In this document: in pieces, positions 56,059-64,000 of the stretch | How positions within the stretch are numbered: the first letter of the stretch is position 1 | How the letters are laid out: every line of letters begins with the position of its first letter | Source: Chrysomallon squamiferum | Taxonomy: Eukaryota; Animalia; Mollusca | Direction: 5' to 3' | Assembly (NCBI GenBank): GCA_012295275.1 | Contig: CM022675.1 | Coordinates: 9,486,001 to 9,550,000, forward strand | DNA length: 64,000 nucleotides | Notes under the pieces: model-generated | Seen by the model: only the letters and a program-made list of their open reading frames with translations | Database searches by the model: none | What the model was told of the DNA's origin: nothing | Translations under genes and position numbers: made by a program

Positions 56059-56410
56059 AGAAACTTAATTTTAAATATTCCTTGCCGCTAATAAGCAGTC
56101 TATATACTGGTCTGTCCATTTAGTGCCGTCACTACTAATTGACGAGGGTAACCGATGGAATGGCAGATTTATTCCCCTTGTTTGTATATACAACTAATTT
56201 ATTAAATATTCATACAAAATAATTATAAACTAAAGGCCATTAACAGTTCTTCAGTTTTTCGCTGGTAAACATCAAGTTTTATCAACTTTTCTATCCACAG
56301 AATTACTCCAAATTTATAACCAATTCCCAAAGTATTCCTATAATTATTTTCAATCAATTTTCTACGCAAATCTTTTTTCTTATTAGCTATTAAAAAAAAC
56401 CCTGCCACAT

Positions 56411-56461
<51 letters not shown>

Positions 56462-58514
56462 GACATTTGTTCTGTTCTGGACCACTAAATGTACAACTGT
56501 TGAAAACAGTCGTAAACTAACATGTGTGATCAAAATTACGTAATTTTGCCGAATATACGACTCAGCCTTTGATGTAACATTTAAGTGAGGTGATAAAATA
56601 AATGATAGAATTTCAAGTTCCCCTTGAGTGTACAGGTGAAATTTTCTTCCAGTCATCACCTGATTTATACAGACTTCAGTCAGAACTCCAACAATTCGGT
56701 CATGTATCAGACGTCCTGTCAATATGTCATTGCCTTTTTGCGACATAAAGGTCAAACGTCATTCTCCCCCCCCCACAAGATGTTTGGCAAAAAAGCCCGA
56801 TTTAATTGTCTCGCTAAGCTTAAAAAATAATGGAAATATTTTTGATAAACAGTATTTTTATTTACCAGTTACATATATTTACAAGTTAGTAACACATTTA
56901 TTCACATTTTTATGACATCTGTTTGGTGTTAGCGATACCTACCGCCTTTCTTCCATCTCTTAATTTGGTTACGTGACTACCATGTTGTCAACGGATTGTT
57001 GATTGAAATTATTATTTTTTTTTTTTTTAAAAGAAGAAAAAAGAAGATCTAAACAAACGTTTATAAAAAGTATTTCGTTGTTGAACGTTACTATTAACAG
57101 AAATGACGCAGTTGATAATAAAATATACTATTGTAATCGAAGCACAAACGAAAACTGGCAGAAATTTAAAAAAAAAAAAAAAAAAAAAGAAAGAAGGGCC
57201 GATTTAAAAATGTATCTTCCTTTCAAATCAGTTGTTACACAAATTAAATTATAATTTATAGACATTTTACTTTTATAATAAATCCGCCAAAAAACCCAAA
57301 GAAAATAGGTAAAAATCATGAAGTTACTAATTGCTGACATAATCCACAAATATCAATTTTATTTTAATGTGCTGGAACAACCATCAGATTTTTTTTTTTT
57401 TTTTTTTTTTCTTTTCCGCCTTCTTCAGTTATCAGTTTGGTTAGGCATTTCATTTAATGCACACTGTTTTTGCCCGTTTTGACTTACAGCGATACGGACT
57501 ACAGAGCATTCTCAAAAGTTTAAAATAGTAAGTTAACTTTATAAATGCTATAAATCAAAAGTATACATTTTAGTTTCATAATGGAATATATAATTCTTAC
57601 ATGTTGAAGAATCCTACGTTAATTGAATGAAAGTAAATGCAGAGCAAAATTTAGTTTTATAAATGGCATACATGCATCAATAATCTTATGGATATTGGTA
57701 TTAATTTTAATAGTTTATAATGTATACTTGAGAGCATCCTTTCCATATTATAGGGAATCTGATAAATACTATATGTTTAGCTGCTTATTTTTTTGAATGT
57801 TTTCTGTGAATACATTCAAGGCCATTATGAAAAGGTTCATTTTCAGCAGACACGATAACAAAAATTTGAAACAATCACACAAAAAATGTTTGAACTTTTC
57901 ATTTTAACCATTAATTTAATGCCTTACAACTAACATACTTCTAATGTTAAAAATAAGATATGAAACTACCTTAATCCTTTTAAAAAAAATATTTTGTAAA
58001 ATTTTATAATCCAATAAACAAAAAAGTACCTTGCCAAAATGTTATTTTTAAAAATTTGCAAGATAGGATAAACTCACAATTATGAATATGATAAAATAAT
58101 TACAATTTAACAATTGAAATTAAATTAAATTAAATTATAGTAAAAATTAATCTCAATAAATATCAAAGATGTCATCTATTATCCCCCCTCTTTAATCTAC
58201 AATTTTATTTCTTCAAGTTGAATAACAATTTTTAAATTATCTCTACCCAATCCAAATCCAGAATCTACAGGCAGAAATAATTGCATGAAATTTATTTTGA
58301 ATATTGCACAAACATCTTATCACATTATTTATTATAAATGAAACTAGAACACAGAGTATTTTCTGGAAAGACATTTACTTTACATAAAAAAACGGAAAAA
58401 AAAAAAAAAAAAATAAAAAAAAAAAAAAAAAATTGTATTTACAGAACACAAATGCACCCAGCATTTTACACTGATCACAATTTTGATACTATAATGGCCT
58501 AGATGACTCCTTGG

Positions 58515-61510
58515 TCAATAACTCTGGTGAGGTGGTGGTGGTGGTGGTGGAGGGGGATTTTCAGGAGGTGGTGGTGGTGGTGGCGGTGCATGCGGTAGAG
58601 GTGGTCCACTGTGATATAATGCATGAGGCATGTACTCAGAAGTGTAAGCCCCATGTATGGGATTTGCTGGAAGAGGGGGCTGAGAAGGTGCAAGCGGTGG
58701 TTGGTGATTGAAATGCTGCTGTTGCTGCTGCTGTGCAATCTGCAGCTTTGACTGGTTGATCAGCTGCTGCAGCTGATTGTTAAGCTGGCCCAGATTTTCT
58801 TTTGTTGGGGTTAATGGCACCTGTGGGGAATGGAAACCACCTCCGTTCGCTTTGACACCACCAGAGTCATCATATGAATCTCCATGGGCAACACCCGCGG
58901 GATTGTGAATGCCGTTGCCCTCACCAAACATGCCGATAGAGTTTGTAGCACCAGAAACATCCACACTGTAACTACCACCTGCCAGAGGTGAGAACACTGT
59001 CTGTGACTTTTCGGCCGCATGTTTACTTCGAGACTTTCCACTTGAATGTTTCACATTGGACAAATTAAGACGATCAGAATTAGTCCCCGTTTGGTCGACC
59101 ACCAAATGTCTGGATTCGCGACTTTCACTACTGCGTCTGTGTTTGGATTTTTTCTCAGAATGTTTCGAGTCGCCCTGCAACATCCGCTCTGTAAGCTTCA
59201 GTTTCAGAGAGGGCTTTGGCTCCTCACTCAGGTTCTTGTCCCGAGATTTGGAATGGTGATGATCCCGTTTATGTTCCTTTGAATGATGGGTTTTTATTTT
59301 TATCTTGAGGGGAGAGCCCGACGGCTGCACTGTGTGTGTGCCCTGCTCTCCCCTTTTTATATGCAATTTTAGTGGATTGACCATCTCGGTGGTCTCCACT
59401 TTCACATGATCACTAGAAGAATTTCTTTTAGTCTTATTCACCAGGCTAACAGTTTCGGCTTTGTAATGTAAACTCGTGTCACTCTTTTCTCTTTTCACAA
59501 TGTCATGCTTTCTAACGTCGGGCGGCGAGGTTTTCAACGGTTTCACGCTCTGCTCGCTCCTGCTGTGCTTTTCGTGCTGGTACTGCTCTTTTCTGTGACT
59601 TTCGGTCTGTTTGGCAGACTGTTCGGACGGTCGCAGTTCATTTTCTGTCAGTCTGTCCACAGGATGCAGCGCAGCGTTCTCCCTCTCTTTCTTCTCCTTG
59701 TACTCGCGATACTGCTTATAGTCCTTCAGCGAAATCTTTTCGCCCATGTCTCGCTTTTTCATCTGGCCAGCAGATGGCACTTCAGCAGACGACGTCAGTA
59801 CTGCAGTCGTGGATGATGCCGGCGGTACCACCACGAATACTGAATTTACTTCCTGAGTTTTCGCTGCCGGGATGGCATTTTCTCGACTCCTGCCCGTCGG
59901 GGTGGGAACTTTAATGGAATGTGGCAACACCTTCGAAGTCCCAGCGTGACCGACAGAGCCAGCAGCAGGCTCTGCTGGTTTTGACTTTGAAACAGGAGGA
60001 TTGTGAGATGCTGCAGGCTCTGGTCGCTTGTGCTTGAGGATCTGTTCAGATTTTTTCTCAGCAGTTCGACTTGCGGGCAATACAGGTTCACTGAGAGTAT
60101 CAGCTCTGTGTCTTTTCTCAGGAGGAGGGCCTAAAGACTCCTCTGATCTGTGGCCACTCTAAAAATGATAATATATACATACAATATTATGAGACACAAA
60201 AAAATATATTATAAATAAACAAAATATCTGTATTTTAAGAATAAAAAATATTTATATACATATTTTTTTTTTCCAGATACAATGCTTAAAGAACATTTTA
60301 AAAATAAAAAAACCTCCCCCTGCAATTTCACTTTTTACAATTTATTATTTTATTTAAAGTAAAATAATGTCAGAAAACCTATGGCAATTATATATGCACC
60401 ACACATATTCTAACCACTGTTCACCATTTACTTAACAAAATGAATACAGTATTTCTATTTTTAAAATCATTAGATGAAGAACATTTTAGGTTTCTTCAAA
60501 CATTATTTGTAAACCCTGTTTGTTTAATGTCAATATTTTGAAGGATTACCTTCCATTTTAAAATTTTCTGTTTCAGACGACTTGGACATCGTTCCAGAAT
60601 ATCAAGAAACTCCTGGGTAAGATCTGAAATTACAAATGAAAATTATATTCAGGATAAGTGAAAAATTAAACTGTCAGGGAAATATGTTGCTTTGAAGTTA
60701 CAATGACACATACTACAGAATCAAAAATACCAGTTATAAAAAAGGGAACACTGGATATGCATTTTCCAACAATAATTAACCGTAAATTCAACATGAATTA
60801 CAGCTCAATTGATAAGTTTGGGAATTAACCCAGCAGATGCATCAAGACAGACTCAATAGTCTGAATTTCCTTTTGTATCTATTAGATATATTTACAAGCA
60901 ATACCCAATTTGTTTACTAGATCACGGACAAGCAGATAAAATTATAGTTATAAAATAACAAAAATATTAATTAAGCAATGGTGCAAAATGAAAGATAAAT
61001 GAGATGCACAGGGGTCAGTTTCTAAAAATTACTATGTTATAACAAGTGAAAAAGAAAATAAATATAGTTAAGAAGACAAAAGTACTAAAAGATAATGATA
61101 TTAAAAATTTCTGTTACTTACTTTCCAAGAGTTCTAGGGTAATACTCTCATCAACATACCAGAACCAGTCCTTCCCTTCATGCGAGGACTGAATCTGAAA
61201 CGAGTTTTCATTGAAATCACAATAATGACATAGTAAAAGAAACTGGTCAATTTATGTTATGTGAAATTCTTAACTTACATATTAAATGACTGAAATGTTT
61301 AATTAAATATTATAACCAAACTTATTGCCAAAAAGGGACTAATTTTAGTTTTTAGGAGCAGAAAAAAAGAATAAAATAAACACTGATTTACCTCATACTG
61401 ACAATTATGTAAATAAGGTATAAATACAGTTTGAGAAATTTCATTCAGATATAAAGATAGATTAGATATTCAACTAAAATGTTTTTAAATTCTATAGATG
61501 CATATTATTA

Positions 61511-61549
<39 letters not shown>

Positions 61550-61576
61550 GTAATAGTAATAGTAATAGTAATAGTA

Positions 61577-61613
<37 letters not shown>

Positions 61614-63706
61614 CAAAAATAAAATCAGTTTACCTCATACTCAGACCATTTGCTTGCCAGATAAATACACACACAGGCAACAACAGACGGCTTGTACTGT
61701 AGACACATTGTCGTCAGGTGTAAGCTGCAAATGATAACATTACATCTTTAAATTTGGTGCATTAAAAAACTGAAGACAGTGATTGGAAAACTAGAAGCAT
61801 GAGACACAGACAAGTTCAGAAGATATGGTATGAAGAAGGCGAAGAGCTGATCCAGAATCGATGTATATAAGTTCAAAGCTGAAATACGAGTTTGTATATA
61901 TAATAAACACCAATATCAAAATTTACAAGATCTTTGTTAAGCAATTTGCAATCAATTATTTTTAAAAATAATAGCAGTACAATATAAATAATATTAACAA
62001 TAGTAGTATTGATATCAATAATAAAAGACTTTATATTAAATTCAAATTATTCCATTGTAACAAAGCAAAAATTGTAGAAGCCAGAATATTTACCATATAA
62101 AATACACTATACAATGTATCTTTCTAAGTTTTGTATCATCAGCTAATATAACCACTGCTTACAAATGTTAAGTAATTTTCGAGCAGAACACAGCAGTGAG
62201 GACATGCGTCCAGCAATTAGTTTGATTCTAAACCAAATTAACAAAACTAAAATTGATACAATCCTGTCAGTTTAATATCTGTTCTGCACTTCAATGAAAT
62301 TAATATTTTTTTTTTATTTTTACTTTCTCAACTTAGCTTCCATACTTTAATGTTTTTATTGAAAAAATACATTTAACCTCCCTATTTTGGAGTTGACGAA
62401 TGTTGACATATTTTTAAGTAAATACATTTCTTGCTTTTTTGATAAAAACTCAACATACACAATTTTACTAATATACGACGACTTATGAAATGATGGGCGT
62501 GAGTCAGTTAATTGCTTTTGGTTTATCATTTATTACTTTTGAAAAAATTCTAATCATTAAAATAAATTATCAACCCCACTGCTTTCTTTCAATAATAATC
62601 AAGATTATTTTAAAAAATATATACATTTACAACATTCCATTCACCTTCTACAATATTAAATCTGAATTTGTTCAGTTACATATACTTATTACCAAAAACA
62701 AAACCTATAGCACTATTGTTTAAATTTTATAATAAAATATTCACAGCTTTAAATAAAGCATCCAGTGATATACACACACATATATATATATTTATATAAA
62801 TGTTTCTGTGAATCTATTTAAGAATGCATCTTATGTGACAACAAAAATACTGTGAACCAGTTTAATGTAACCAGTATTATCGAATCTACAACTTGCATGA
62901 TTCATGGCAAGTGTCTAGTCCAGGAGAGAAAAATCAGTGATGATTTAGTTTTTAATGTGAAAAATCCCCAGCAGTAAATTTAAAGAAAAAAAAAGAAATA
63001 AAAGAAGCAATTTCCATCAGTCATTATTAAAGGAAAAAAGCAGTTTTTTTAGTATGTACACCATTCTTGAAATCCAACAGAATTCCCATTTCTGAGCTTG
63101 GAGTGTGAATAATTATTTTCTTGAAATTATAAAAAAAAAAAAAAAAAAAAAAGAAAAATAAATATGCATTATATTACAAGCAACTCTGTATTTTTAGAAT
63201 AAGCACTCCACTTTTTAGATAATCTTGCATAATATTATCAATATAAAAATGTGTAAATTAATTTTATTTAAAATTATAATAGAACTGAACATGGGATCAC
63301 AGGTAGCATTGTTTTCTTATGAAATAACAAACATAAATGAATAAAATAAACGTACATGTATTAACATACTCTCCTGGACAAAGCACTGACCTTAACCAGG
63401 GCTGGACTAACCCAGTAACAACCAGTTTATTTTGTTATTTCTTATTTTAGCAATTTCTCCTTCTGTGAATTTTGCTACACATGTTTAAACATTCATTAAA
63501 AACAAATTCTGATTCCATCAGAAATTTATGTCTCTGGGGCTCGTTAAATAATTCTGGTAATGATTGGTCCAGCCCTGAAAACAAAATGGTCATAGTAATA
63601 GCAATGTTATCTGCATTTGTTAGGGTCTTAATAGGGAAGTGTAATGAAACGGGTGAGCACCTGTTCGTTGCGAGAAAGTACGATGTCTGTGCGAGATCTT
63701 TGTGAG
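58515..63706 (-). CDS. CCNT: Cyclin T (P-TEFb regulatory subunit), 3' part; 5' exons lie beyond the window
   Basis: Exons (minus) 63706-63661, 61724-61634, 61194-61122, 60623-60550 and 60158-58515 join in frame: [88 protein letters not shown] (second cyclin box). The last exon has ISLKDYK, a His/Lys-rich region and a C-terminal poly-Pro tract typical of cyclin T. Confidence 0.94.
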
Positions 63707-64000
63707 CTGCAGACCAGGTGCCAAAGACGTCAATGAAAACCAGCAACACCCGACATCAGCACAAGGTCAAGGTCACAGCGCATATTGGAAAGAAGACACT
63801 AGCATTAGCTCACAGTCAAATCAATAATAATTGTTTATCTAATGACTCACTTTGCAAGAGCTACATTACCTATTCATTAAACACTGTTCAGTTACTTTTT
63901 TTTTTCTCACAGAAACAAATGAAATTACAAATACTGTGATCCCACTTGAACAAGTAATTTTAAACATGACAAAGTTGCAAGGTTGTGTACACTGGTTATA

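Noticed and set aside
58511-59816. Antisense and alternative-frame ORFs over the cyclin T last exon (and over the RUNDC3 last exon)
   Set aside because: These are shadow ORFs of GC-richer coding sequence with no recognisable motifs.
59800-59825. SPOP-binding-consensus-like peptide ASSTT in cyclin T, next to the SPOP gene
   Set aside because: Such 5-mers are common in Ser/Thr-rich disordered regions, and gene adjacency does not imply a substrate relationship in animals.

Overview
Very AT-rich, microsatellite-dense animal genomic DNA, not prokaryotic. The gene content suggests a lophotrochozoan such as a mollusc; this is inference only. Almost all ORFs in the supplied track are low-complexity artefacts. 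Manual splicing reconstructs five multi-exon genes: (1) a SPO16/C1orf146-like meiotic XPF-ERCC1-family gene (+, 5995-8527), whose last intron is a minor-spliceosome AT-AC intron leading into an HhH2-like exon; (2) RUNDC3/RPIP8 (-, 11991-20723), with one GC-AG intron; (3) uridine phosphorylase (+, 22229-30509), with an apparent frameshift just after the EMES motif; (4) SPOP (-, 44085-54106); (5) the 3' part of cyclin T (-, 58515 to beyond 63706). There is also one Tigger/pogo-like MITE. The most striking unexplained pattern is that many intronic minisatellites are tandem copies of the adjacent exon's own splice site. These arrays are anchored at the exon junction, often decay with distance from it, and frequently have the critical AG specifically mutated. 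Some copies still encode potential in-frame microexons, in-frame alternative acceptors or recursive-splicing-like CAG|GT points. Homology statements rest on recalled family motifs, not database searches.
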